64,000 bases of DNA from Octopus vulgaris (GCA_951406725.2 OX597827.1:44268001-44332000), one strand, 5' to 3'; counted from the stretch's first letter, positions 25,848 through 39,538 are shown. Numbers and translations: made by a program. Notes: generated by a model from the letters alone, not told the origin.

Positions 25848-26066
25848 TGCACACATACACACACACACACGCATACATACGTATATATTGATATGCATAC
25901 ATACAGATATGCACCCTCACATACACGCACCTAGACATATACTTACATTCATACATATATACATATATACATATATACATAAGCATAAATATATTGGTAA
26001 AATAGATACATACATATATATGTGTGTGTGTGTGTGTGTAAATATATATTTATATATATGTATATG

Positions 26067-26108
<42 letters not shown>

Positions 26109-26149
26109 TATAATATGTATATATTTGCACATAACATATGCATGTGTGC

Positions 26150-26184
<35 letters not shown>

Positions 26185-27209
26185 CATATATACGTGTATG
26201 TACATATCTGTAAATATATACACATATATACATATATATATATGTGCATGTACGTATGTATATATGTCTATACTCACACCCATATGCATGTGTGTGCGTA
26301 TGAGTGTGTGGTGTGTGTGAGTGTGCGTGCGTGCGCCCATTTGTGTATGTATGTATGCATGCATGTATGTATGTATGTATGTATGCATGTATGCATGAAT
26401 GTATGTATGTATGCATGAATGTATGTATGTATGCATGTATGCGTGTATGTATGTATGCATGTATGCGTGCATGTATGTATGTATGTATGCATGTATGTAT
26501 ATATGTATGTGTGCATGCATGTATGTATGTATGTATGCATGCATGTATGTATGTATGTATGTATGTATGTATGTATGTATGTATGTATGTATGTATGTAT
26601 GTATGTATGTATGCATGTATATATGCGTGTATGTATGTATATATGTATGTATGCATACGCAGAAACAGGAAGCGTCAGTTTATATGTTTCACGCAACGCA
26701 TTTATTTTTTTTTTTTTTCATTCATTTTGTTATTTATTGACTTGGGTTTCTATTCAGAGTAACAATGCGCGTCTGTGTGTCAGCTAATAGTCGTATGTAT
26801 CTTTGTCATCATCATCATCATCATCATCATTGTCATTGTTATGGTCGTCGTCGTCGTCGTAGTCATCACCACATACCACCACCGCTACCATCACCACCAA
26901 CAGCAGTAAACAAAAGTGACCAGAAACGACAATTCCATTACCATGGCAACGTGTGAGCAATCTGCGCGGTCACTGGGACCTTTTATTAGATATAGCAGTT
27001 AAATCACACCCTACCGTCTCAAAACAGGAAGGACTTATGAGACAATGAAATCTTAGATATCAAATATCAAAAGAAAAATGCCTTTAATCATTGTTCTGCT
27101 TCATCGCAGCTGGCCTGGGGCTAAACAACATCAATAAGAAAAACAACAACGTGTTGATCGCTGTAACGGTTATTAACACATTCCACATTTGCCACGCCAT
27201 GTTTCAGGC

Positions 27210-27340
27210 TACATCCTGGGATATGAAGAAAAAGAATAAAATTACTAATGTCACCCACACATTTTTTGTTGATGACCTAAAATAATATTCTGGTAACATG
27301 TGCATCAAGAGACAATTAGAACTAGTGACAACATTCTCAA
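27210..27340 (+). mobile_element. Short non-LTR RT fragment (R4/NeSL-like)
   Basis: THTFFVDDLK*Y...KRQLELVTTFS resembles the H..F.DDLKLY catalytic region. Confidence 0.5.
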
Positions 27341-28014
27341 AGCAGAAACGTTAGCGCGCCGGGCGAAATGCTTAGCGGTATTTCGTCTGCTGTTACGTTC
27401 TGAGTTCAAATTCCGCCGAGGTCGACTTTCATCCTTTCAGGATCGATAAATTAAATACCTATTTTTTTACTACCCACAAGGGGCTAAACACAGAGAGGAC
27501 AAACAAGGACAGACAAACGGATTAAGTCGATTATATCGACCCCAGTGCATAACTGGTACTTATTTAATCGACCCCGAAAGGATGAAAGGCAAAGTCGACC
27601 TCGGCAGAATTTGAACTCAGAACGTAACGGCAGATGAAATACGGTTACGCATTTCGCCCGGTGTGCTAACGTTTCTGCCAGCCCGCCGCCTTAGAATTAA
27701 TTAAATACCAGTTACGCCGATAAATTAAATACCAGTTACGCACTGGGGTCGCTGTAATCGACTTAGTCCCTTTGTCTGTCCTTGTTTGTCCCCACTATGT
27801 TTAGCTCCTTGTGGGTAATAAAGAAAGAGGTATTTCGCCTGCCCGTTACGTTCTGAGTTCAAATTCCGCCGAGGTCGACTTTGCATTTCATCCTTTCAGG
27901 GCCGATAAATTAAGGACCAGTTACGCACTGGGGTCGATGTAATCGACTTAATCCGTTTGTCTGTCCTTGTTTGTCCTCTCTGTGTTTAGCCCCTTGTGGG
28001 TAGTAAAGAAATAG
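27341..28014. mobile_element. Nested/tandem cluster of SINE family C (Nin/Deu-domain-like)
   Basis: + head 27341-27460, - full copy 27460-27692, + tail ~27715-27830, + copy 27828-28014; motif gaggtcgactttgcctttcatcctttcggggtcgataaa. Confidence 0.9.
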
Positions 28015-28259
28015 ATTTAAAAAATATTTTTTTGTAACTAAACACTTTCAAACTTCGGACACTAAAACATCTTTTACTCTTTGTATTTTTTGAGAAAAAC
28101 TTATATTTACGAAGTTATTTCATGTTAAAGTTGTCCTATTTCGGTAATTTCAACCAATCAATGACGTGTATTCAGCTGAATAAAATTACTGCCGTTGTTT
28201 GTCTACAACAGCTATCGGCGATGTATATTTCGTTTCGACCCAAAGAAGGCTTGGGGATG

Positions 28260-29320
28260 GCAAGGCCTTCAACTGTTCAATCAACCAAGGGTGACTTCAG
28301 TCCCCGGATCACATCGGGTTCAGTCATCCTGTGAAGTACCTCGCTGGTGAAGGCTGGAAGAAGTCGAGGGAAGTTAGGCCGATAGCATCAGGTCCAAGAT
28401 GGAACAGAGGCCAAGGCCACCGAATTTCACAGGTCGTTTCGCCTGTTGCCAGCCGACACTGTCAAAACTAACATTGCTGATCAGTTCGGAACAGCGCCAG
28501 ATAGGGATATCGATTTCGCCGAGGCGATCTGTAAAGAGGATGACTTGGCGCCTGGTGTAGCGAGAAAAAGTGCTTAAGCAGAGCAAAGCAATTGCTCAAG
28601 AGGATGAGCGGCAACTGCGCGTCAGTAAGCGGAAATCTTTCCGTCATTCTGGACAAATCTGAAGCTTTGGTTCCCAGACTCTCTCTTAGAGCTTTCGAGA
28701 TGACTAAGGAACCAGGAATGCAGACGGCGTCCGTCAGCATCAACCGAACTGTCACCAAGACGGGTTTGATGCTGAATACGGCGTCCTGGAATTCAGCTTC
28801 AGCATAGCTAGAAGATCCAAGGATGTAGACGACGTCCCTCGACCCCAAGACGAGCTGGATGCTGAGTATGACGTTCTGGAATTAAGCCTCACATTAGCTC
28901 ATGCTTATCACCTCCGACATTAACGGGTTGATCTCAAGCCCAAGAAGGTTTAGGACTGGGATGACCTGTTGAAGGTCCCCAGCTACTGACTCATCCGGGC
29001 TACCCGGGGTTGCATCATCCAGATACCAAACATTAAAGGGTGAACAGTTTGATCAGGCAACTTCATAGACAGCCAATACAAAAAGGAAAAGGCCAATAGG
29101 GTCGCCCTGCTGGGCACCTGTGACAGAAGCGATCTTGTTGTCAACAGCCATGAGTGTGATGGGTGTCTCATGGGAGACGTATGAAAGTGGGTGTAATGAG
29201 GGAGGATGTCTTTGACTCGTCTCCAAGATGTGGTCCTGCCTAACGCTGTTGAGGGCGTGTTTTATGTCCAGCTTCAATAGGGAACAAGGTGATGAGGGAG
29301 GTGCATTCTGTATGTAGTGT
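28260..29320 (-). pseudogene. CRE-clade-like non-LTR reverse transcriptase relic
   Basis: KLDIKHALNSV, GAQQGDPIG, NVWYLDDAT, GLEINP, WQQAKRPVKFGGLG across frameshifts. Confidence 0.8.
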
Positions 29321-29897
29321 CGTTCAAGAACAAGATGGACGTGGCTTGGGATTTACACACTTTTGCACAGATGCATCAACGATGGGTACGTCTTGCAGCA
29401 GGTGCTCAGAGAAAGCTTACCACCCATGCCGACACACGCCATCATTCCATAGCAGAATCTTTCGTTGACTATTTAGGCAATACGTAATACAGATGTTGAA
29501 AATCAAGCGATGCCTGTCCCTGAAGCTTTTTAAACTGAGGAAAAATCTTGCACAAGGCCAATCCCACTCTCTAAACAACGTAAACATCTTCTCAAGAACT
29601 AATTTACATCATTGAATGCAAACGAAGTCGCAGATGTTATTTCAGACGTTTCTTTCTCTAGAGAGATGTCTAAACAAAGACTAAGTGTTTCTCACTCCTA
29701 GCTGTTCGATGGTCGTTGACTCTACTGAGCTGAACCGCCTTTTGACAGGTTTTATTTTTCGTTCTGCGGGGTGTCCAGTGACAGACTACCCCCATTACCA
29801 GGCGACCTTGGTAGGATTGCCATCATAATTGCCAACGGTCCAACCTCGTGACAGATTGCAACTCGGTTGCACGTCGCCATTAGCACTAAGAGTCACT

Positions 29898-29940
<43 letters not shown>

Positions 29941-29947
29941 TAAAATC

Positions 29948-30075
29948 AAAACACCTCATTCAGGTTTTCCCGACGTTGCGAAACGCAGCACCACCTTCAA
30001 CATAACACATGTTTTACCCCGTGATGTGAGCGTTCCAGTGATTACAAACCTATACAGATATGTGCAGAAACACAC
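29948..30075. repeat. Unclassified dispersed repeat, copy 2
   Basis: Homologous to 7924-8052. Confidence 0.85.
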
Positions 30076-30124
30076 AAATACGGCACAACAACGTGAATAA
30101 AAACTAAAATATATTTAATTATAT

Positions 30125-30405
30125 GCGCAATGGCCCAGTGGTTAGGGCAGCGGACTCGCGGTCGTAGGCTCGCGGTTTCGATTCCCAGACCGGGCGTTGT
30201 GAGTGTTTATTGAGCGAAAACACCTAAAGCTCCACGAGGTTCCGGCAGGGGGGGGGGGTGACGATCCCTGCTGTACTCTTTCGCCACAACTTTCAATCTT
30301 TCTTCTGTTGTCCTGCTCGCTTAGCCAGCGAGGTGGCGTCATTTGAAGGGCATTGTGACCAGCGATGTGTAGCAACATCTGATAGCCTGGTTGGTCACAG
30401 TGATA
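30125..30405 (+). mobile_element. SINE family B (tRNA-Arg-like head)
   Basis: tggcccagtggttagggcagcggactcgcggtc..ggtttcgattccc; copy at 59298. Confidence 0.88.
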
Positions 30406-30709
30406 TTTAATTATTACAATAACTCACTTCAGGTGCAATAAAAGCATAAATGCATTCTTACTAAGCATCTTTTCTTGGCAGCTTCTCTGAGAGAACTTTC
30501 CGATTTTCTTCTCTCAATTGAAAGCATGGGATATTTAACTTTTATATAAAATAGTCATAAATTAGGCTAGCATTGTAGAGGAAAGTTTAATTTACATATT
30601 TTTGCTTTTGGTGGCAAGTCATTTGTTATATAGGGTGAGTGAAAAGTAACTCGCTATTTTAAAATACCTATAAGTTAACTATAATTAACTATAATTAACT
30701 ATAATTTTT

Positions 30710-31610
30710 AGGAAAAAATTATGTGAAGAAAGCGATAGAATGGAATTTTATTTAGAATTCGATGTAGGCACCAGTAAAGATATACAAGGAAACCGAACGA
30801 AAAGAGACATGGAGGGTCGTTAGACCGGAACGAAAGAAAAATAGTGAACGCTGGGAGAGACATTTTTTTTTGAAAAGAGAAAAGACAAAAGAGAAAAGAG
30901 AGTAGAGGTCGGAGCAGGGTAAGAAAGATGGCCGCATGAGGAAAAGAAGGATGGACGATGGGCACGTGTGAGCAACAAGAGAGAAGGAGAGAAAAAGGAA
31001 AAGAAGGGAGAGAGAGACAGATAAAAAATAGTGAAGGAGGGGAAGAAAAGGAATTGGAGAAGGACGGAGGAAGAAGGAAGCAAAGACGAGAGGAAGAAAA
31101 CAGTAAACAGTAGAGAGTCGCACAAAAAAATGGGTGAAGATAAACTTACTTGGGGATGGTTGCGTCGCGTTCACTCTCTCTCTCTATCTCTTCTATCTTT
31201 TCTCTTTCAAAAATGCCTCTCCCAGCGTTCACTATTCTCTTTTCGTTCCGGGATAACGACCCTCCTTGTCTGTTTTCGCTCGGTTTTCTTTGTATGTCTC
31301 CACTGTTATTTTTTGTTCCCAGCTTCGACCTTCCATAAATCCTAAACTTTATTTAAGAATTTATGGGAGCTATTGTCTTTGAAGACTCATATTGTCGTTT
31401 GAATGCTCAAAACGAGGAGTAGATAGCAGCCGACAACTGATGACGAGTTAATTTTCTGTTTTAACTTGTCCTGTTTTCCATTTCTTTCTCGTTGTTTACA
31501 TATCTTACTCGTTTTTGTCCTGTAACCACTGTCCACGTCTTATATCTATCTCCCGTGTGTATGTTATTTGCACCGTCGGTGACGTCCTGTACCCATATAT
31601 GCATATATGT
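30710..31610. mobile_element. Composite non-coding element with ~120-bp inverted repeat
   Basis: 30785-30905 inverted at 31175-31295; similar to 49640-50372 (cgtgtgagcaac, cgacaaCTGA.GA). Confidence 0.6.
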
Positions 31611-31612
31611 AT

Positions 31613-31778
31613 AGGCGCAGGAGTGGCTGTGTGGTAAGTAGCTTGCTAACCAACCACATGGTTCCGGGTTCAGTCCCACTGCGTGGCATCCTGGGCAAGT
31701 GTCTTCTACTATAGCCTCGGGCCGACCAATGCCTCGTGAGTGGATTTGGTAGACGGAAACTGAATGAAGCCTGTCGTA

Positions 31779-31833
<55 letters not shown>

Positions 31834-32036
31834 GTGTATGTTTGTGTGTCTGTGTTTGTCCCCCTAGCATTGCTTGACAACCGATGCTGGTGTGTTTATG
31901 TCCCCGTCACTTAACGGTTCGGCAAAATGAGACCGATAGAATAAGTACTGGGCTTACAAAGAATAAGTCCCGGGGTCGATTTGCTCGACTAAAGGCGGTG
32001 CTCCAGCATGGCCGCAGTCAAATGACTGAAACAAGT

Positions 32037-32045
<9 letters not shown>
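31613..32045 (+). mobile_element. SINE family A, young
   Basis: Near-identical to 25092-25510. Confidence 0.95.
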
Positions 32046-32077
<32 letters not shown>

Positions 32078-32474
32078 CTATATTATTTATTTGTGTGAGT
32101 GAGTGTGTGTGTGCGTGTGTGTGTATGAGAAAGCACGTGCGTGCATTGTAATGAGAGCTAGTTAAGTAGCCCGCTATGCTCCATTGACGACGTTGAACAA
32201 GAAACACCGTTGTTTATATGATTTATGGTTAAATGTGAAGACATATTTATTCAGAAATTAACCGAAGCCTTTGTGTCTGTAGACACGTTTGCAGAGCACA
32301 ATAGATAATAGGAGCGCCAACACATATATACACATATACACACACATATACACACACAATTCACCTATGTATATTTATTTACACGACTATGTGTGTATGT
32401 ATGTATATGTGTGTGTGTGTGTATAATATATATATATATATTTATAAATATGTGTATGTATATATGTATTTATT

Positions 32475-32850
32475 CTTTTATTCTTTATTCTTTCATTTTT
32501 TATTTGGCTCAGTCATTTAACTGCGGCCATGCTGGAGCACTGCGTTGAAGGGTTTTAGTTAAACAAATCTACCCAAGGGCGTTTATTTAAGCCCAGTGCT
32601 TATCCTATCGGTCTCTTTTACGGGGACGTAAACACATCAACACCGATTGTCAAGCTATGATGCGTAGACAAACAAAGACACACACACATACACATAGATA
32701 CATACATATATAAATACGACAGGCTTCTTTCAGTTCCCGTCTACCAAATCCACTCACATGGCATTTGTCGACCCGAGGTTATAGTAGAAGACACTTGCCC
32801 AACGTGCCACGCACTGCGACTGAACCCGGAACCACACAACCACGCCAGAC
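32475..32850 (-). mobile_element. SINE family A
   Basis: Reverse-complement copy with deletions. Confidence 0.85.
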
Positions 32851-33220
<370 letters not shown>

Positions 33221-33239
33221 TATTATTATATATATATTA

Positions 33240-33309
<70 letters not shown>

Positions 33310-33311
<2 letters not shown>

Positions 33312-33499
33312 CTTTTACTTGCATCTGTCAGTAGACTGTGGTCATGCTGGGGAAACGTTTTGCAGGACCTTAGTTGATCGCATCAATCCTATTATTTATT
33401 TTCTTAAAATCTGGTGCTTATCGTAACGGTCTTTTTTGCCAAACAGTCAACAGGAACATGTACATATCAAATTCGATTGTCAAGGGGTTATACACAATG

Positions 33500-33500
<1 letters not shown>
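33310..33500 (-). mobile_element. SINE family A 3' part, old
   Basis: cttttacttg..gactgtggtcatgctgg..ttttgccaaac. Confidence 0.65.
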
Positions 33501-33559
<59 letters not shown>

Positions 33560-33851
33560 CAAGAATAATCTTTAATTTTATTAATTAATTTTCTGAAGGT
33601 CTGGAATTGAAACAGCTGTAAGGGATGTTTGTTAATTTTTTTTATTGATAAATAATAATTTATTAATGATCTCTCTATTTTCTTATCTTATTATGATAAA
33701 TAGATATATATAAACCACGGTTTATATAGTTACCTTGCAGTTGAGTATTAACTGTAATGTTCAACATTCTTTGTATATTTGTATAAGTAGCTATCCTGTA
33801 CTTTCATAGGATTTTGTTATCCCTCAATGAGGTTTGTAACCTTTATTTGTA

Positions 33852-33909
<58 letters not shown>

Positions 33910-34054
33910 CAAAGCAATTAAGATTCAAGTAAATTCCAATGAATTTACTTGAATGTGTACTTAACTTAGATGCACCAGAAAAACTATATGGTGTTAACCA
34001 TACAGTAATGTGGGGTGATTATAAACGAGAAAGAAGCAACAAGAATGGATTAGT

Positions 34055-34145
34055 TTTTAGTACAATTGTTTCATACAAAGACAGGCTTTATTACAAGTTG
34101 CAAAAATTGCAGCAGATAAAAGTGTCCCGTACTCATCAGCTAAAA
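34055..34145 (-). ncRNA. Intact type I hammerhead ribozyme with long stem II, inside a TA-flanked insert (33904-34282)
   Basis: TTTTAG-CTGATGA-GTACGGGACA..TGTCTTTGTAT-GAAAC-AATT-GTA-CTAAAA. Confidence 0.9.
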
Positions 34146-34279
34146 TACATATGAGTTCTCTAGACATCTTAGTGGGTGAGGTTATACTCATGAAATATTG
34201 GAGATAATTCCATTAAAGGCAGATATAGGTTGTAAACAGTTTTCCAAAGTTCCTTAATGATGATGCACAGTCTTATCAC

Positions 34280-34340
<61 letters not shown>

Positions 34341-34532
34341 CTAAGAAAATGGAGAGATTTAATAGATATGAATTAATTTATTAATTTACTTAATAATATT
34401 TGATATTTCATAATGTATATATTTATTAAAGAAATATATCTTCAAAATATAATTTATTTAACCAGTGTAACTTGGATAAAATTATCCTTAGAAGAGGTTT
34501 ATATATCCTCATTGTGACTATTCACACATACA

Positions 34533-34595
<63 letters not shown>

Positions 34596-35030
34596 GAAGA
34601 AAGAAAGAAAGAAAGAAAGAACGAAAGAAAGAAAGATGGGGCAACCATAAACAATATCATTACAGTCCACTTTAAAATTCTTTGTTACTCTGTTGCAAAG
34701 ATTGGTATCTTCAGGTTGGTGTTGCCGAAGCGTGAAGAATGGTGACTACAAAAGATGTGAAAGAGTCGATTGTCAGTTGAATGGCGTCGGGGAATGTGAT
34801 GGTGGTGGTGGTGGGAGATAAAGAAGAGTGGGAGACAAAAAGGGGCTTAAATTTAATTAGTAAATGTGCCGGAAGTACGGTTTACAATGGATTGCAGTTA
34901 CGTTAGACTTCCTGCTCAAACAAGTAAGATCGGTTCTGAATGGAGTCGTAATGTGTTAACATATATACCAACATAACTGACAAACAAAAAACCGCGCGTG
35001 CACAACGTGTAAAGATGTCTGTGTGTGTGT

Positions 35031-35072
<42 letters not shown>

Positions 35073-35174
35073 TGCGTGTGTGTGTGTGTATGTATCTACA
35101 CACATACACATATATATATTCTGTTATATGTTTTAGCCCTAAAGCTGTGGCCAATATATATACACACATATATA

Positions 35175-35244
<70 letters not shown>

Positions 35245-35247
<3 letters not shown>

Positions 35248-35451
35248 TTCAGATTTAGAGTAAACAAAAGATGAAGACAGGTGTTGGAACAACAAGCAGG
35301 TGTATTAGTTTAACGCTCGCGAAAAATGGAAAAGTCTTTTACGTTTCGAGTCTACACTCTTCGAAAGAAGGGGTTAAGACGGGAAAAATGGAGAGAGAAT
35401 GAAAAAAAACGGAGAAAGTAAAAATGGGCTGAGTTCAACGGCCCAACATGG

Positions 35452-35452
<1 letters not shown>
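35245..35452 (-). mobile_element. Short element with decayed minimal HHR
   Basis: Minus strand tcgaaGAGTgtagACTCGAAACGTAaaag; homologous to 39345-39542. Confidence 0.7.
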
Positions 35453-35508
<56 letters not shown>

Positions 35509-35519
35509 GTAGATGGCAT

Positions 35520-35790
35520 ACAAGAAATTTGAAAATGCCACTATATAAAATAAATTTTTATTTTCTTAGAGATTTTACATGTTTCGGTAGCCATTATGCT
35601 CCCCCCACAAAACACCACCACGTGGCCTCTGTTGAGACTAGTAAGAAATAATTATGAACTTTTTTATTACACTTAACTTTTAAAAATATTTTTGATAGGG
35701 TTCGTTTTATTCAAGAAGAACCGAAGCATGTAAAATCTCTAAGAAAATTAAAATTTATATTGTATAGTGACATTTTCAAACGTCTTTTTT
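35520..35790. mobile_element. TA-flanked foldback with decayed HHR
   Basis: 35525-35587 inverted at 35720-35785; TGATAG-GGTTC..GAACC-GAAGCATGTA-AAAT. Confidence 0.65.
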
Positions 35791-35814
35791 ATAAATATAT
35801 ATATATATTTATAA

Positions 35815-36075
35815 ATGAGGGTGAAAAATTGATATTAATTTAATAATACCATTAATTTAACACCAAGTGGCTTAGCACAAAAAACTAGGGAGAAAATACA
35901 AATTTATACATAAATTATTAGAGAGTTACCACTATGTGGATAGCTCTAGTGCTAAAAATAGCTCCAATAGTATAGCCACAGAAAAGATGTTTCCAATTAG
36001 AAATAACATTACATTCGGAGCTATTTTTAGCACTAGAGCTATCCACATAGTGGTAACTCTCTAATAATTTATATA
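35815..36075. mobile_element. TA-flanked element with a perfect ~56-bp inverted repeat
   Basis: taaattattagagagttaccactatgtggatagctctagtgctaaaaatagctcc and its exact reverse complement at 36017-36072. Confidence 0.8.
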
Positions 36076-36081
36076 TATATA

Positions 36082-36280
36082 CATGATGAGGTGCTGAAAA
36101 CTTCCTGTTTTAAGGGTGTTGCGAAAAGCCTGGTTGGAGGCCCAAACTTCCGAGTTCTTTTACAGGGCTCACGGAAACTGAAGAACTGTTGTAATAAGTG
36201 TGTGAATCTGAGAAGGGAATCTGCTGAACAAAATCGTAATTAACATATCCTCCTGTATTTTCTTTTACTCAAAACCAGAA
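36082..36280 (+). mobile_element. Mariner-derived MITE/relic
   Basis: Encodes EFFYR..CNKCVNLR; reverse complement of 3050-3250. Confidence 0.65.
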
Positions 36281-36439
36281 ATAATATTATATTACTTACA
36301 TAAATATCTGTGTCTGTACATAAATGTATACACACATAAGTGTGTGTATATAAATGTAGGCAGGTGTATATATACTAGGAAGTGCTGGAAAGTTTTTGGC
36401 TTTGGGTGAAAGAAGATGCTGAGGATCAGTTAGTTATGA

Positions 36440-36822
36440 TTGTGTGGTGAGTAGCTTGCTTACCAACCACATGGTTCTGGGTTCAGTCCCACTGCGTGGC
36501 ACCTTGGGCGAGTGTCTTCTACTATAGCTTCGGGCCGACCAAAGCCTTGTGAGTAGACTTGGTAGACAGAAACTGAAAGAAGCCTATCGCATATATGTAT
36601 ATATATGTGTGTGTGTGTGCATCTGTGTTTGTCCCACCAACATCGCTTGACAACCGATGCTGGTGTGTTTACGTCCCCGTAACGTAGCGGTTCGGCAAAA
36701 GAGACCGATAGAATAAGTACTAGGCTTACAAAGAATAAGTCCTCTGGCCGATTTACTCGACTAAAGGCGGTGCTCCAGCATGACCGTAGTGAAATTACTG
36801 AAACAGGTAAAAGAGTAAAAGA
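36440..36822 (+). mobile_element. SINE family A
   Basis: Collinear copy. Confidence 0.92.
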
Positions 36823-36860
36823 GTTTATATATATACATATTATATATATGTATACATATG

Positions 36861-36908
<48 letters not shown>

Positions 36909-36911
<3 letters not shown>

Positions 36912-37110
36912 ACCGTGTGTGTATCGCTGGCGACTTTTTTCCTCCGTCTTCCCTTTCTTGGATCTTTCCTTTTCCTGTGTTTCTGACGAAGAGCTCCGCT
37001 CGAAACGTTAAATCCTCCTTCTTTCTTTCCTTTCCTGAGCGTCCAATAACATTGTACTTGTTCCACGCCCTCGCGTTGTTGTGTTTTCTCTTTGTCTTTT
37101 CATGTTTGGA

Positions 37111-37115
<5 letters not shown>
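36909..37115 (+). mobile_element. ~200-bp TA-flanked element with minimal hammerhead (36979-37013)
   Basis: gtttCTGACGAaGAGCtccGCTCGAAACGTTaaat; copy of 2567-2760. Confidence 0.8.
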
Positions 37116-37180
<65 letters not shown>

Positions 37181-37774
37181 GCATACATATATATATCGTT
37201 GAGCGAAGCATCAATATGTATTTTCTCCATTATCGTGAGTAACCATTTTAGCGCTCGGTAGATTGATGACTAGAGCTAAATTTGTAATGCAATATATGCA
37301 TTCGTAGAATCCTGTAGCAATCACAGTAAGATCCTCTAGTGGACTTGGCTATCAGTGCACATTGTAATCGAATACGGAGGAGTATAATGCAGAGTCCTAT
37401 CCAGCTGAAATCCAGTAGATCCAATCTATGAAGTTATTTTGTGTGAGTATAGAGACCATAAAATACCAGGAGGTATGACAGGCGAATGTATTTATTTAAT
37501 CGCTTGATATCCGTAAGATGACGGCCGTTTCGCAGCCTTCGTCATGTAATGATAATTTCAGAGTATAGTAAATTATTTTAAGTAGCTGCACCAATATGCA
37601 TGCTACACATTTCACAGTACTATAGTAGATTCATAAATCAATGCAGGTACGAAAGGCTAGATATTCAGATCAGTTGAACATCATAGTTACACCAATGCGT
37701 ATATCCACGTACATAAAGTCGTATATCCACCGATCCATGCATGCATATACACGCATGCATGGATACAGACAGAT

Positions 37775-37814
<40 letters not shown>

Positions 37815-37954
37815 GTATATATTTACATGCACGTACATACATACATGGATGCAAATATACACACATACATAGACACACATATACATATACGTATACATAC
37901 ATACATATAAAATAAATGCATACACGCACATACATGCCTATGTATATGTATATA

Positions 37955-38071
<117 letters not shown>

Positions 38072-38414
38072 GTATATATATACGTATATATATATATGTA
38101 TATATATATATACATATATATACACATATATATATAAATGCATGTGTATATATATACATACATATATATGTATGTATATATACATGCACATTCATACATA
38201 CATTTATACATACACACATACCTACATACAATACATACATCCATACATACATCCATACATACATACATTTTCGGCGTCTTGAAACAGGATTTTCTTCTAA
38301 AACTCTCTAATTCCTATACTCGCTGCTGATCTTAATCCGAATTAATCTCCCTTTAAAGTTATCATCGACCTAGATTATAGCAGAGACTTGCAAAGCGAGA
38401 GGCGTGGGTGGAAG

Positions 38415-38416
38415 TG

Positions 38417-38472
<56 letters not shown>

Positions 38473-38653
38473 TCCCCCCCTCTCTCTCTCTCTCTCCTTT
38501 TCTTTCTTTTTATTTCTAGCGGTGGTGAGAACGAGTAGTCCTTTTTGATTGTTCTCGCGGTTGTTGCTGCTGCTGCTGCGCTTCTTCTTCTTCTTCTTCT
38601 TCTTCTTCTTCTTCTTCTTCTTCTTCTTCTTCTTCTTCTTCTTCTTCTTCTTC

Positions 38654-38689
<36 letters not shown>

Positions 38690-38870
38690 TCCTTCTCCTT
38701 CTCCTTCTTCTTCTTCTTCTTCTTCTTCTTCTTCTTCTACTTCTACTTCTTCCTTTTCTTTCTCTTCTTCTCACCCTCCATTTTCTTTCCCTTCTTCCTC
38801 CCCTTCATCATCATCGTCGTCGTCGTCGTCGTCGTTGTCTTCTTCTTCTCCTTCTACTTCTACTTCTTAC
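38415..38870. repeat. Compound trinucleotide microsatellites (TAG, CTT, TTA, CGT)
   Basis: Directly visible. Confidence 0.95.
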
Positions 38871-38924
38871 GGAAAAAATGTTTTGCACTTTTAGTTCCAG
38901 CGTTTTTTGTTTATTTTCTTTTTA

Positions 38925-39085
38925 ACGTACTGTGTTCAAATCCCGCTGAGGTCAACTTTGCCCAACATTCCTCCAGTGGTCGATAAAATGAAGTTCAAGT
39001 ATCAATAACATACTGCAAACGATAGTATCGACAAAACCCCATCACCCGTCGTCAAAATTACTGATTTGGTGCCTAAATTAGAAAC
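38925..39085 (+). mobile_element. SINE family C, old fragment
   Basis: gttcaaatcccgctgaggtcaactttgcc..gtcgataaaat. Confidence 0.7.
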
Positions 39086-39261
39086 CAATTGTAAGACTAT
39101 AGTTTTACAACATTCTCTCAATGGTTTTCGATTTTCCCGCTCCTACCTAAACATCGTTTCGGGACGAACTTAACCTAAGCTCTTTTATTACCAATTTTTG
39201 TGGTTTTGGTTGTATTAAGAAGTTTTGTCTAAATGGTTCTGTATGCTTATGTATGAATATT

Positions 39262-39344
<83 letters not shown>

Positions 39345-39346
<2 letters not shown>

Positions 39347-39538
39347 GCCATGATAGATCGCTAACCACTAAACCTTTTTTCTATTTTCTCTCCCTGTTTA
39401 TTTCTGTGTTCCTTTCTGTCGAAGTGCGTAGGCTCGAAACGTAAAAAGACTTTCTCACTTCCCGAGCGTTAAACTAATACATCTGTTTGTTGTTTACACA
39501 CCCGTCTTCGTCTTTTGTTTTTCTTTTTTTGTAAATTC

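Noticed and set aside
30125-30200. tRNA-Arg gene (also 59298 and SINE A/C heads)
   Set aside because: tRNA-like heads continue into shared SINE bodies and lack a clean cloverleaf
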